From Octopus vulgaris (lineage: Eukaryota), in contig OX597825.1 of the NCBI GenBank assembly GCA_951406725.2, positions 40,610,001-40,674,000 of the forward strand: a stretch of DNA of 64,000 bases. The letters run 5' to 3'. The number at the start of each line of letters is the position of its first letter. Position 1 is the first letter of the stretch. Made by a program: the position numbers and the translations under genes. Below, piece by piece: positions 26,639 through 39,420 of this stretch. The notes below the pieces were generated by a model. It ran no database searches, was not told the origin of the DNA, and was given only the letters and a program-made list of their open reading frames with translations.

Positions 26639-26865
26639 GGCGGCGAGCTGGCAGAAACGTTAGCGCGCCGGGCGAAATGCTTAGCGGTATTTCGTCTGTC
26701 GTTACGTTCTGAGTTCAAATTCCACCGAGGTCGACTTTGCCTTTCATCCTTTCGGGGTCGATAAATAAAGTACCGGTTTCGCACTGGGTAGATGTAATCG
26801 ACTTAATCCCTTTGTCTGTCCTTGTTTGTCCCCTCTATGTTTAGCCCCTTGTGGGTAGTAAAGAA
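26639..26865 (+). mobile_element. Meta-domain tRNA SINE, well preserved
   Basis: ggcggcgagcTGGCAGAAACG...GAGTTCAAATtcc; central gcctttcatcctttcggggtcgataaataaagtacc resembles the Meta/MESC SINE core. Confidence 0.9.
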
Positions 26866-26897
26866 ATATATATATATTACCTATATTATTATTTATA

Positions 26898-26949
<52 letters not shown>

Positions 26950-26955
<6 letters not shown>

Positions 26956-28800
26956 TCGTAACTCCTGATATTTCAGTCATGTAGCTGTCTGCATCATTTT
27001 CACCGTATCTGATGTATCTGTTACTACAGGGACCGTTTCAATCACCACATTCGGAGTACTTCTATTTCCTGATCTTTATTTTGGGTTATCTTTTAAGGGG
27101 AATATTGTCATCTGTTGGGCCGCAAACTTTTGCTGCTGAATTTCACAAAAACAATATCGTGTTAGTTAGCCTTCATCTCCCTATGTGGCTGTATTGGCAT
27201 ATTCCAGAGTATTGTTGTTGTTACTTGCTGAGGGGCTTTTGTTTGTGGGGTATGCCACTATCATTTCATTCTATTTGGTATTGCATACTGCTGGAACAGC
27301 TTTATGTAAGACCTGCGTCTGTCATCTCTGTAGATATATAATTTCACGGCAAACACTTGGAAGCTAAAGACAATCAGAGTTATGGATCCATCCATATCAT
27401 CACAGAATACATATATTGTTCTTCTTTATTGTGTATTTCAACAATTTCTAATAACGAGACTTTCATCCTGTGCCATGGGTTAAAACCCTTCTCTTTCTGC
27501 TCTGCTTCTCGCACTTCTCAGCAAATATTGGGATTTTCTTTGTCTACTTCAATTTTGGTCAGCTTATTCCACTCTATGCCATGTAAGAGTATTTTTTTCT
27601 TGTCATTGTTTAACCATCGCCTTCTGTAGTTCCAGTTTTAGTTTAAAGTTTATCTTTGTTTTTTCTTTTGTCAGTTATTATGATCCCAGTGTGTATCTTC
27701 TGGCCTTTTAGAAGAAAGAAAACAATTTTGCTTGTGCTCATATTTTGTAGATACTTACGTTAGTTTTCTTTGATTCTGAATTCTAAAATAATTGTGCTCT
27801 GATGTTTGATATTTTATAGTGGTTTTGTTGCTCTTAATTCCTTTAGATAGCGTCTTCCAAATGCAGTCATTATTCATTTTCCTTGTTTTCCTGTTTAGTG
27901 ATGCGGATGCATTTAGTGTGTAGTTAATAATATTATAAGGATAACTGAATCAACTAGAGTACTGATGCTGGTTAACTTTATTTTGCATTTTATTTTGTTG
28001 CAAATAATGAGCTAATACATCTATATTTCTTCATCTTTTCTTGTATTTGTGCTTGTTTTTTTCTAGTTCATTAATACATAAATATTTGTATGTCTGGGAT
28101 ACTAGTTCACTTAATTTTTTTTTACTACATATGATATTGTCGTCGTAAATAAATTTCCCCATTAGAAGTTTGCTGAGGCACATTTTTTCGGTTTGGATAT
28201 TGATTTTTTTGTTAAATTCGTACATTATTTGTAGTTGTATTTCTATTTGTTTATCATTTCCAGGTTACAAGTTTGCAACATCCATATATAAGAGTGCGTT
28301 GTTTTACCATCACAACTGTAATCGCACATCCAGTGATGTCTGGCGTGTTGGCTAGCATGCCAGACAGAAACGGAGAGGAGGTAGGACTTCTCCTTGGAAT
28401 ATATCTCTTATAATAGTACTGGGTTTAAATTTCATTATTTTCTCTTTAGTCTATAGCCGCAGAACGGTTTGCGATGCATTTGTGTTATGTAGGGTGTATC
28501 TTATTATTGCTGGTGTTGCTGCACTCCTGTATTAAGGTGTAAGGAATATTGTCAAAAGCCTCACACTCCTCTTTTTATTTGAGAAGCATTCATAACCGAA
28601 GGCTTCTGAAGAAACTGATCTTTACATCCGTATCAGCTTCTGAATAATCACTTCTGTACCTCTGGCAGCATTTTCTTCCAGACGCCTGTGCTTTTTCAAC
28701 GATATTATTATAGTTAAAGCTTTGCTTGTTGTAGGGAGATATGTTATCGTTGTAGTTTCTGTAGATTTCCCGGTTGCTTTCAACTGTAAGCTATTTTAAT
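26950..28800 (-). mobile_element. Old, heavily decayed Dong/R4 LINE
   Basis: Minus strand AFDNIP, DIFQGEVLPPLRFCLA, LLYMDV, LWNMPIQ..EMKAN..DIVF, KDQEIEVLRMW, TVPVV. Confidence 0.75.
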
Positions 28801-28819
28801 CCTCCACTGGTAGCTCTAG

Positions 28820-28920
28820 CTTCTTCTTCTTCTTCTTCTTCTTCTTCTTCTTCTTCTTCTTCTTCTTCTTCTTCTTCTTCTTCTTCTTCTCCTCCTCCTC
28901 CATCTTCTTCTTCTTCTTCT
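28820..28920 (+). repeat. (CTT)n microsatellite
   Basis: Directly visible. Confidence 0.95.
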
Positions 28921-28934
28921 TTTTCGTTTTCCTT

Positions 28935-29305
28935 CATGCCATCAGAGTGAAACTGGAATAAAATATACGATGCCCAGTATGCTCATCATGTCTACCCATC
29001 TGATAAGGGTACACCAGGTACAAGCATCATAACCATACGTGAGCGATATTGTGATCGCATATCAAGATTAACAGCGCATGACCTTGAAGGTGGAGCCCAG
29101 TTAGAATTTTTTCAGTTCGAGTAGCCCATCCCGCTCAAAAGTTCTCTGAATAAGGGTTGTTTGAGGATGTTGAACGAGATACCCACGTTTCCAAAGGTGA
29201 ATTATCAAAATACCAAATAATTCCTCTGAACACATTGCTAAGGAACATGCTCAACTAGTCAATGCCAAACTGACAAGCAAATCTCTGTAATAGTAAGCAA
29301 AATAT
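28935..29305 (-). mobile_element. (AAT)n-embedded retroposon, copy 4
   Basis: catgccatcagagtgaaactgg...gacaagcaaatctct is the reverse complement of copies 1-3. Confidence 0.85.
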
Positions 29306-29353
29306 GTACATGTATTATTAATATTGTCATTATTATTATTATTATTATTAGAG

Positions 29354-29419
<66 letters not shown>

Positions 29420-31990
29420 TTTACTTTTAATCCGCATGTTTGTTACAATCACTTGCCGAGACATACCCAGCCTGCTAAGGCGTGTGATGGCTAAGAGATG
29501 ATACAGTCTGAGTGAAATCTTGTCGAGGGAAATGGCAAAGGAAGTAGCGAAATATGTTTAAGTAATACAACACAAACATTTAAATTGATAGTGTTTTTCT
29601 AACGATGTGGGCAGTAATTGTTAGCACAATCTTATGGATTTCTCTGCGACATGGTTCACCTGGAATATTATCAAGATTTTTTTACATTCCCTTCTTATCA
29701 AAACTATGGCCACTAAAATAACAGGAACAAATCTCACATCTTTTGTATAGCTACTTAATTTGTCAAATTATCTTACAGATTTAAATTGTGTCAGTTGGAA
29801 AACATATCTAATAGTCTACAAGTATCTTTTCCCCTGTCTTTAATGACTATGTCTCGTCGATTAGCTTGGATCATTCTGTCAGTGTTGACTGGAAATTCCC
29901 AGAGGATAGTGACATTTTTATCTTCAACGACTAACTCAGAATGACGTTCATACCAGTAACAGGAGTGCTGATTTTGTAGTGCTTCCATATTTTCCAATAT
30001 AAATACTATCCTACAATATAGTGATGATTTTTGCATTCGTTTGGTGTAGGCACAGTACACCCCGAGACGCGATGGTCTATTGTATCATCAAATGTATCAC
30101 AGAATCTGCATTTTGGGTCAGAACTGTTTGGAAGAACTTGGTAGTTCTTTTGGTAGTTTTTTTGTTAGCAAACTACAGTCTTGTGCTGCTAATATGAGCC
30201 TTCAATCTCTGATTTCAGCCCTGAGCTTCTCAGCATCTGATGGGTTGTTGCTTGGTCTACATTATTTTGGTTTCGAAGTCCATATGTTGACTCCAGCGCT
30301 CCTAAATTTGTTTCTGCCCGTTCTTTTTTGCAGTTTGTTTGATCAGTTTTGCTTGTTTGGTGGCAGTCTCAGGTTTTTTTTATCTAATTCAGGGTGAATG
30401 CCAAGTTCCCTTTCAATTTTGCAAACCTTTTCGACTATAGAATGTGATTATTTACTGCTTTCGTGTTTGCGCACAAGCCGCACCATCCAATCCTTTGTAC
30501 TAGATAAATACGTGTTCATTGCTATTGAGGAGGTATTTTAGTACCGTTCTGCCTGCATCATTCCACTTCCCCCATTACTTCTAGGTAGGTACAGATGATC
30601 AACATCTGCTTTTGGGTGGTGCATGTTCTTAGACGTTAGTCGTTTTCTTGCCTTCCTGTCTTGGCGTTGGTGCTCTGTAAGATTCTAGTTAATGAACTAT
30701 ATTGGACTAATGAAAGTGCCAGAGTGTTAATGGCTTCGATGCGATTTTTAGAGTTGAGTTCAGTTTTAGTATGAGTTTTACTCTCTTGTAAAACTCTTTT
30801 CTTATTTCTCCTCAGAGTAGCATATTTTATACCATCTCCTTCGTTTATCCACGGATATCTTTAGCTTTCTTGTGGGTCAAGCTCCTTAATCGTAGTGTCG
30901 GTATCTAATTTAATGGAAGCTATTAGCTCGAGCGAGCATCTTACAAAAGTTGCTTATCACACTTGTCAAAGCCATAATCCATCATGCTGAACTCTTGAAC
31001 AGTTGTTAACAGCCCTACTAGCTCTTCGACATTTCTAGAAAACAGCTTGAGATGGCTCATATAAAATAAATGGCTTATCATAATATACACTTTGAACCCA
31101 ACCTGGTGTTCCTGAATTCGTTTGAGGGTGCGATCAGTGCCATGCAAAAGATTAAAGGGGAGAGGGAGTCACATTGAGAGATGCTTCGTTTGATGTTGAT
31201 GCTGTTAGATTGGTTCATCCCATTACTATGGTGTAGAAGGAGACATGTATTCCACTTGGCCATGCTACATTGTAGGAATTGGGCGACGACAGGAGAGCCC
31301 TTATATATCTCAAGAGCTTTGAGTAACCAGTTATGTGGGACTATATCAAACGCCTTTCCTGTAGTCTATCCATGACATATTCAATTTCTTCTTTTTGCTC
31401 CGGCAATTTTCTACAATCATATTATTTATAATTGATATTTTCATCCATAAGAATTCCTTTTACAATTATTTGAGCATGTGGGAGGATAGAGTTCAGTTCA
31501 AGGAAAGTGTGTATACTTTCAGTTAGTATTGATGCGAGGATCTTGTGGTTGGTAATAAGACTTGTTATTGAGTGGTAGTTCTTTGAAATTTTCGTGCCTT
31601 CAGTTTTTGGTAGAAAATATGTTGTTCCTTCAGTCAGCCAGACAGGTATTTGCTCTGGCCTCTGGTTGACATCAGTTAGGGTTGCAACAATATGTCGGTG
31701 TACTTCGTCAAACATTCAGCCAGAAGTTAGGGATCTGGTCCAGTCTTAGCTGTTCTACTCTTATTGCCTCCCATTTCTGCTCTTCAACTTCATCCAGTTT
31801 CACTTTCTCATGTTCTATCTAGTGAGCTTCGGCATTATATTCTTTTTTGCTGCTCTATATCTTCTTCCAGAACACTTCCATTTCCTCAGTCATAGATGAC
31901 TCTTTTACTTCTATCTTGCTTTTGACATTTTTCCTATAAAATTTCCTGCATCCGTCTTGAATACCATGTTATTTCGATAAAATTTGATTT
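29420..31990 (-). mobile_element. Dong/R4 LINE, 5'-truncated (RT, CCHC, RLE, 3'UTR)
   Basis: IPVWLTEGTTYFLPK, DYRKAFDIVPHNW, ISQCDSLSPLIFCMAL, SHLFYMSHLKLF, TILWEFPVNTDRMIQANRRDIVIKD, TAHIVRKTLS; (TAC)n/(TAA)n tail. Confidence 0.92.
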
Positions 31991-32009
31991 TTTTTGTCAT
32001 TCTGAGCCG

Positions 32010-32098
<89 letters not shown>

Positions 32099-32134
32099 TA
32101 TTATTATTATTATCATTATTATTATTATTATTAT

Positions 32135-32674
32135 TGAGTGAGAGAGCAGTTCATGCCATCAAAGTGACAATGGGGTAAAATATACGAAGCCCAATATACC
32201 CATCATGACTACCCGTCTGATAAAGGTACACTAGGCACATGCATCACAACCATATGTGCGCGACATGGTGATCTCATATCAAGATAAACAGCACATGACC
32301 TTGCAGGTGGGGCCCAGTTAGAATTTTCTTCAGGTTGAGTAGCCCATCCCGCTCAAACGGTCCCTGAATAAGGGTTGTTTAACGATGTTGAAAGAACCAC
32401 CCATGTTTCCAGAGGTGAACTATTCAAACCCCAAAGAATCCCTTTCAACACATGGCTATGATGCTCCCCCACTACTTCTGCTCGTGATCAGAGATGCACA
32501 TATCGTCAGCCACTAAGGGACATGCTCAACTGGTTAAGGTCAAACAACTGACAAGCAAATCTGTGGTATTGAGCAGAATATTTGCTGTAGCCCATCTTTT
32601 ATACCAAGACAAAACACTTCCAATCAGTTAAGATCAGAAGCCATGAGAGCCACTGCCTGGTACTGCATCAGGGC

Positions 32675-32679
<5 letters not shown>
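32135..32679 (-). mobile_element. (AAT)n-embedded retroposon, copy 5 (most complete)
   Basis: Minus strand aaatgccctgatgcagtaccaggcagtggc...gaactgctctctcactcaataat; (ATT)n on both sides. Confidence 0.9.
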
Positions 32680-32735
<56 letters not shown>

Positions 32736-32737
32736 TG

Positions 32738-32881
32738 AGAAGAATATTTGGTGTATCCCATCTTTTATACCAAGACAAAACAATGTACATGATAGCACTT
32801 CCAATCAGTTAAGATCGGGAGCAATGAGAGCCACTATCTGGTACTGCATCAGGGCATTTATTATTATTATTGTTATTGTTG

Positions 32882-32973
<92 letters not shown>

Positions 32974-33098
32974 TGAGAAGAATATTTGGTGTATCCCATC
33001 TTTTATACCAAGACAAAACAATGTACATGATAGCACTTCCAATCAGTTAAGATCGGGAGCAATGAGAGCCACTATCTGGTACTGCATCAGGGCATTTA
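32738..33098 (-). repeat. Two near-identical 5' stubs (~120 bp) of the same element, tandem with (ATT)n
   Basis: gagaagaatatttggtgtatcccatc...ggtactgcatcagggcattt at 32736-32860 and 32975-33098. Confidence 0.9.
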
Positions 33099-33119
33099 TT
33101 ATTATTATTGTTATTGTTG

Positions 33120-33205
<86 letters not shown>

Positions 33206-33732
33206 ATTGTCGTCGTCATCATCCGCAGCAGCAGCAGATTGAGTTTCTAATGTATGTTGCCCGGATGTATTATGTTAGTAAACAAATTACAACTTTTGAC
33301 ATGGAATGGCGAGCTTTCGCTGATTATTCTACACAGGTATCTTCTACTCTTGCTACCTGTTTTTACAAAATGTCGAGAGCTTCTCTAGCAATAATTCTCG
33401 TATAAGCATCTCTGCATAGCATATTATGATGTTACGATCAAGTTTTAAAGATTCGGTTTCAAGTATTTTTGTCATCGCTTCCAAGGCTACATTTCTGTGG
33501 TTCTATAAATTGTTAAGCATCTGAATGTAGGTCAATGTTAATGCTTACATTTTCAGCTAAATCTCAATCATTTGACACAACTTTTAGAAATTTAAGTAAA
33601 AGAATCGAAAACGTATTTCTAGCACCCTTTATTACGACGAGTTCAGGGTGGTTGAAATACCTCTGATCATAGATATTTTGAATCACTGTTTACCAGGAGT
33701 AAAAAGGGACATGAAACATATATGTATATATA

Positions 33733-33799
33733 TAACAATATTAGAGAGTACGACTCCAAACTTAGAGGGAAAAATTCAATTTGCTATTAAATCGAATTT

Positions 33800-33839
<40 letters not shown>

Positions 33840-34231
33840 TAGAGAAAACCACTATTATGTAATTCAAACAATGGTAGATATAAATCATACCATATAGAAT
33901 AAATGAAATTTATGATACAACATTTACCTAGATCACAATAAAATACATAATAATAAATAAAAGTATATATTAAGCAAATTGACCTGAGGAAGTGACTATA
34001 GTTTCAAACTGAAATGATTTTGGATCGATTAAATTTAAATTTAATTGTAATTCTAATTGAAGATATAGCCACGAAACGTACGTAGTGTATTTACTAATTA
34101 TATACTGTTTATTTATTATGTACTTTATTGTGATCTAGGTAAATGTTTTATCTTATATTTTATTTTTATGTATTGTATGAATTACGTCTGTCATTGCTTC
34201 AATTACATAATATTGGCTTTTCTGTAATTTA
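33733..34231 (+). mobile_element. Foldback element with a central hammerhead ribozyme
   Basis: Head 33733-33803, (TA)n, inverted arms 33836-33983 and 34085-34231 enclosing the hammerhead. Confidence 0.8.
33971..34097 (+). ncRNA. Type I hammerhead ribozyme with long stem II
   Basis: CUGAGGA (33984)-a-GUGaCUAUAgUUUCAA...UUGAAGaUAUAGcCAC-GAAAC (34073)-GUAC-GUA; predicted cut after 34084; stem I imperfect. Confidence 0.75.
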
Positions 34232-34288
34232 TATATGTATATATATATATAGCGATATAGAGAAAAACATACACATAGATAGATACAC

Positions 34289-34348
<60 letters not shown>

Positions 34349-37300
34349 TCTATTTAAGTATTCATTGTTTTGGAATATATACCACTGCTTCATTTTCCTG
34401 CATAATAGAGAAAAGGATAGAGGAAAATGTGGTGCAATTGCAGATGAATAAGGACACATTTCAGAATAAAATTCAAAATGAATGAATGTGTAAGAGACTT
34501 GTTGCATAATATTGACAATAAGATAAGGTATATTAAAAAATATATCAAGATATAAAGCCCTGTATATATTTAGTTAAACAGTAATTGAATTTTTCTCTGT
34601 ATATCTCTATCTCATTAATTTCTTTATAAGCTTGTACCTTTTCTTTCGGAATAAAAACGGAAATATATCTTGCATAATTATTTAAGACATTTCGTCAATT
34701 TTATAGGCTTTTATAATCCGTGCTTTCAAATTTACTCAAAATTTTGGAAGCTACAGAATACTGTCTTTAAGCGAATACTTCAATATATTATTATGCATAC
34801 ATTAAGGGATTAAAAATATAGTCCTCAATTATATTTCTTTCAAGAACTCAAAAAAAAAATAATAACTTTGAAGACAACGATATAATTCTCGCTACTATCT
34901 GAGATTTTATAAGAAACTTAAAAATGGAGATCATATTCTTTACTATGAATTCCTTGTTGTGGTAATTAGGTTGAGCTTTTAGCGCTGCAAATTCAATATG
35001 CTACATCATGGGAACAATGATTAAGTAATCATAAAATTTCTTTGAATTATGACTGAGAAAATAAGTGACAGAGGTGTTGGAAATGTGATCAGATCATCAG
35101 TTCCAATCAAAAGACAAGCACTGTGTTGTGCACGCAAGGACAATCAAAATAATTTGAAATTTGTTATGGCCTAAAATATCCTTTGTTATATGTCGTATGT
35201 AATGATTATTTCCCGGACTTGGGAGAATATAAAGCACCGAATCGGCGTATATCAGTGGCTTAATGTCATTCATAGAGAAAATCACTAATATTCTTTTCTT
35301 CCTCCTTATAACCACTCTCTGTACATTTTGGCGCCGCAATTAATGGGGACAGAGCTACATAAATGCAAAAAGTGTTTGAAACAAATCTGCTTGGAGTATT
35401 CACGTTTTTATTAGAAATGTGACCTAATCTAGAATAGATTACACGATAATTAGCACTATATTGGCTTTCCAGCTTAGCATGCCGCTTTCTATGAAGAATA
35501 TATGGATATTCATTGTCTCAGCGTTTCTGGGTTGCAGTATATTGCCATAGAGGATTTTAAAGTCTATACCATGAACTTTTGTATTTGCTATGATAGCCTC
35601 CTTGTGTCGTCTCATATAGAAGCAGTCATTCTTTACCGAAAATTTCTGTTTATATATGTAGCTATTCTTTATAGTTACGCTGTTCTTTTCATATAAGCCC
35701 TTTCTGTCCTTCATGAAGAAGTTTATTCCAGTTGAGGTAACTATATATCTTATTGCTTACTGTCGAAATTAGGAGTCAGATAGATGTTCAAAATGTATGC
35801 ATTTATGTTGCAGCTTTAAGGTTATTCATTTAGTCCACATTACACCTATAGCCTAGATACCTAATGCCATCCTGAGTTGATTTTATGTACAGAAAACTCG
35901 AGAATCACTATCAGTGTGTCACATAAAGACACCTCAATCAAAGACACAGTAATTTTATATATCAAAAAACAATATAACTTCTAGAAAATATGCAACAAGA
36001 AAACTCAACGTAACAACAAATAATAGGTACATTATCAATGGAGATTTCAAATAGCAAGCGCACATCTGATCTGCACCGAAGGAAATGCATCACGATGTCT
36101 GTTTCTCACATTTAACCCAAGATCATATTTTAGACCCTAAAACCTATCAGATCTCTAAAAATATTAGGTGAGTGCCAAACTTATGCACTAATCCCGTACC
36201 ATGAATTAATTCATTAACACGCTCCACAATATATCTTTCTCAAAATTATTGTCTCGTATTACTTCTATTTCGACTTCTTATACAGCTGCTCCTTCTCAAC
36301 AGATATACTTCCGATTAGACACTTTCGAGTCATACATCTCTCCTCCGCACGTCGTTCATATCGTGTATACAGCCCAATACTCCGCAAATATGCCACACCT
36401 CGTCCTTACTAAATAATATTAGATGTTTGAAATTATTTTCTTGTGCAATTTTCCATTAATTTGAAAATGTTCAAAATAAAAGTCAACTATTTTCATTTCG
36501 ACTACACACTACAAAAAAAAAAGAAGTAGTAAAAATTATAGATTATAAAATATTCTACTTAGTGGAGAAAAATTTGCTCGGTGGATTAAGTATTGAACCT
36601 CTTTGTCCATGTGACTTGTATTAAAGTTTTCTGAGGGTTGACTGTGTTTATTGATTTAAACGTGCATCAGCCCCATAACTACCCTGATGTATCAGGCCAA
36701 TGATCAAAGTTAGTCAAGCCATGATTATCTTCTGTAATACTTGATTTAACTTTGACAGCAGGTCATGTGGCCATACAGATGCTCGTTGACGAATAATTTA
36801 TGCAGTAAATGAAGACATTTTATCTAAAATTGCACTTTTAGAGATAAGATTAATCATAATCTAAATGATTATTCCGTGCAAATGAAAAAATGACTAATAT
36901 AGTGTTAAATATTTTACCTTTAGTAGTCTTCTTAGACCGCTTTAATGAATAATAGGCTGATATTAATTTTGATATTTCCCCAAAGTATATTTTTATAATT
37001 TCGTATTTAGAAAATGTATGATTACATCATATATTTACTTTTTAATAGTTAAAATATATTGCTTTGCTACATCAAACATCGTCGTACCAGGAATTCTATA
37101 CAACAGATATAGAACATATTGAAGTAGATTATAAAACCGCAGCGTGCTTCTTTTACACACACACACACAAACACAAGCACATATAACTGTGTGTGTATAT
37201 CTACTATAATGTGGCGTGATTCTATTTTCTAAAAGTCTTCCGTTCATCTCGATATTTACTCTAAATAGTGTTTTACATTTATCTGGGGAAATTGGATATG

Positions 37301-38254
37301 TAACCGAATTTTTAAAGAAGTGTATATCAGAAATAAATTCGTACTAGAAAGGATGAGACGATTCATGAAACTTTAATCTGGGAATAATGCCCAAGAGCAT
37401 TGTTCAAAGAGCTTCCAGTTCCTTGAACCTGGGTGGAAATATCTTAAATATGATACCGTCTCAATGGAACAGCGTAGATGAACATTAATCGCAGAAAAAC
37501 ATGCTCCATTTGCAACTTATAACGCCGACCAATTTCTGATTGAGTTTGTTTGTGTAGCGCTTGTTAGACAGTGTGTGTATGTTTCTGGTAAAGTATCCGA
37601 TGTCATATAACTTCATATTCAGAAACAGAATATAAAACAAGACTTTTGAAAATATGTATAACTGTACAATTCAAGAAGCAGCTATAATACAGAATCATAG
37701 TAATGCTCTATGTGCCAAAAGAAGCGTGTAAATATCAGTTACTCGTAAGTCAGTAACAAAATCACACACTATAACTATTCGATAGAACTGGTATGTTCTT
37801 ATACCGCCACTCAATATATTACTACTTATAACATATAACTGCTCAAAATAATGTTTACGACTATGCAGCCTCGCTTTCCGAGTTCAGGAAGCGCTTGTTT
37901 CGCGTGAATTTTTTAGACTAATTTTGTTCTCCAATAACTGGAATATTCATCTTATCGTTCATAGCCTGTCCTGACAACCGCTTATAAAGTATAAAACCTA
38001 GTAATGGCTGCCAGTTTCAGGATCTCTGATCACCGGTAAATATGATTTAATGCAGTGCGTTCCCTACTTAATACAAGGCTTTGGGAACTACATTGCTTAC
38101 ACTCACAACCAAGTATCTACAAGTGCAGGAAGGTCACTTGGTTTCCTTTCATTAGTCATCGTGAAAATCTGTATGATAGCACCATACCTATATTTAAGGA
38201 TAAACTCTTTACTAGAAAACATAGATTATGTACACACACATATATATGCATGTA

Positions 38255-38550
38255 TGCTGAGGTTCCAGGCTATAGGTGTACGTAGAGAGAGTGTATAAGA
38301 AGAACTCTTCGCTAAACCCCCTTTCTCGAGGAAGGGGGATATGGTAGTTAGAAACAGTAGTTGTATATTCCAGAAGGCGGTATTTAGAATTAATAACAAA
38401 TATAAGATTATTGAATTATAATGTGGTGAGTGTGCGAGTATCTAAATTCAGTAACATGTAAATTATAAAGGTCTGGAGTGGGTCCTACAAATTTAGCGAA
38501 GAATTCTTATACACCCTCTCTATGTACACCTATAGAATGGAGCCTCGGCA
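38255..38550. mobile_element. MITE-like element with ~60-bp terminal inverted repeats
   Basis: tgctgaggttccaggctataggtgtacgtagagagagtgtataagaa...ttcgctaaa vs tttagcgaagaattcttatacaccctctctatgtacacctatagaatggagcctcggca; no clear TSD. Confidence 0.7.
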
Positions 38551-39027
38551 GTGTCTTAATGATAACTTATACACTGCTCAGCTACGGGCAACCAAGCATC
38601 TTAAATGCGATTGCTGCCGGTGCAACATGAATACCTTCATTTAAAACATTCAACTAACACAGCCCGAAATCGCGTTACCACATAAAAGAAAACGTCTACC
38701 GACTGCGTCATCGGTAATAATTATGGCACCTGTTATAGAAATTACAATAACCCTCACTATCCAATCACTTTCACAAACAAATTCGGAAGATATTACTATG
38801 ATATAGCTAAATTAATGTACTTGGAGTGAGATGATTAAGAGCTCAAAGCGGGTTAAAAGGTGCGACAAAGACTGTACATGAGGGAAAAATAGATGTTCTG
38901 TATAGCTGGAATGACAGACATCTTTATTAGTTCGAAGAATTTGCACAGTCCTTCTAAATTCGAGATTAGAAATTGTACGAGCTGTATACATCTCGACAAG
39001 TTTCATTTATCGACTGGAAAACTATAT

Positions 39028-39420
39028 TTTCTACTCTAGGCACAAAGCCCGAAATTTGGAGGAAGAGATCCAGTCGATTAGATCGACCCCAGTAGGCAAC
39101 TGGTAGTTAATTTATCGACCCTAAAAGGATAAAAAGCAAAGTCGACCTCGGCGGAATTTGAACTCAGAACGTAGTGGCAGACGAAATACCTATTTGTTTA
39201 CTACCTACAAGGGGCTAAACACAGAGAGGACAAACAAGGAGAGACAAACGGATTAAATCGATTATATCGATCGCAGTGCGTAACTGGTACTTAATTTATC
39301 GACTCCGAAAGGATGAAAGGCAAAGTCGATCTCGGCGGAATTTGAACTCAGAACGTAATGGCAGATGAAATACGGCTACGCATTTAGCCTAGCGTGATAA
39401 CGTTTCTGCTAGCTCGTCAC
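39028..39420 (-). mobile_element. Two Meta-domain SINE units in tandem (dimer or nested)
   Basis: aactggta..taatttatcgac..aaaggat..aa.gcaaagtcga.ctcggcggaatttgaactcagaacgta occurs twice (39100, 39282) with different tails. Confidence 0.85.

Noticed and set aside
26960-27060. Apparent hammerhead remnants (gaaac..gta) on the minus strand
   Set aside because: The sequence translates as the Dong RLE C-terminus (EIEVLRMW..TVPVV), so it is coding remnant.
32560-32679. HDV-like ribozyme at the 5' end of the (AAT)n element
   Set aside because: Hairpins are present but I could not build the nested double pseudoknot by eye.
34400-38200. Repeat-poor stretch that might hold exons or enhancers
   Set aside because: No recognisable protein motif or supportable splice structure; needs RNA-seq or conservation data.
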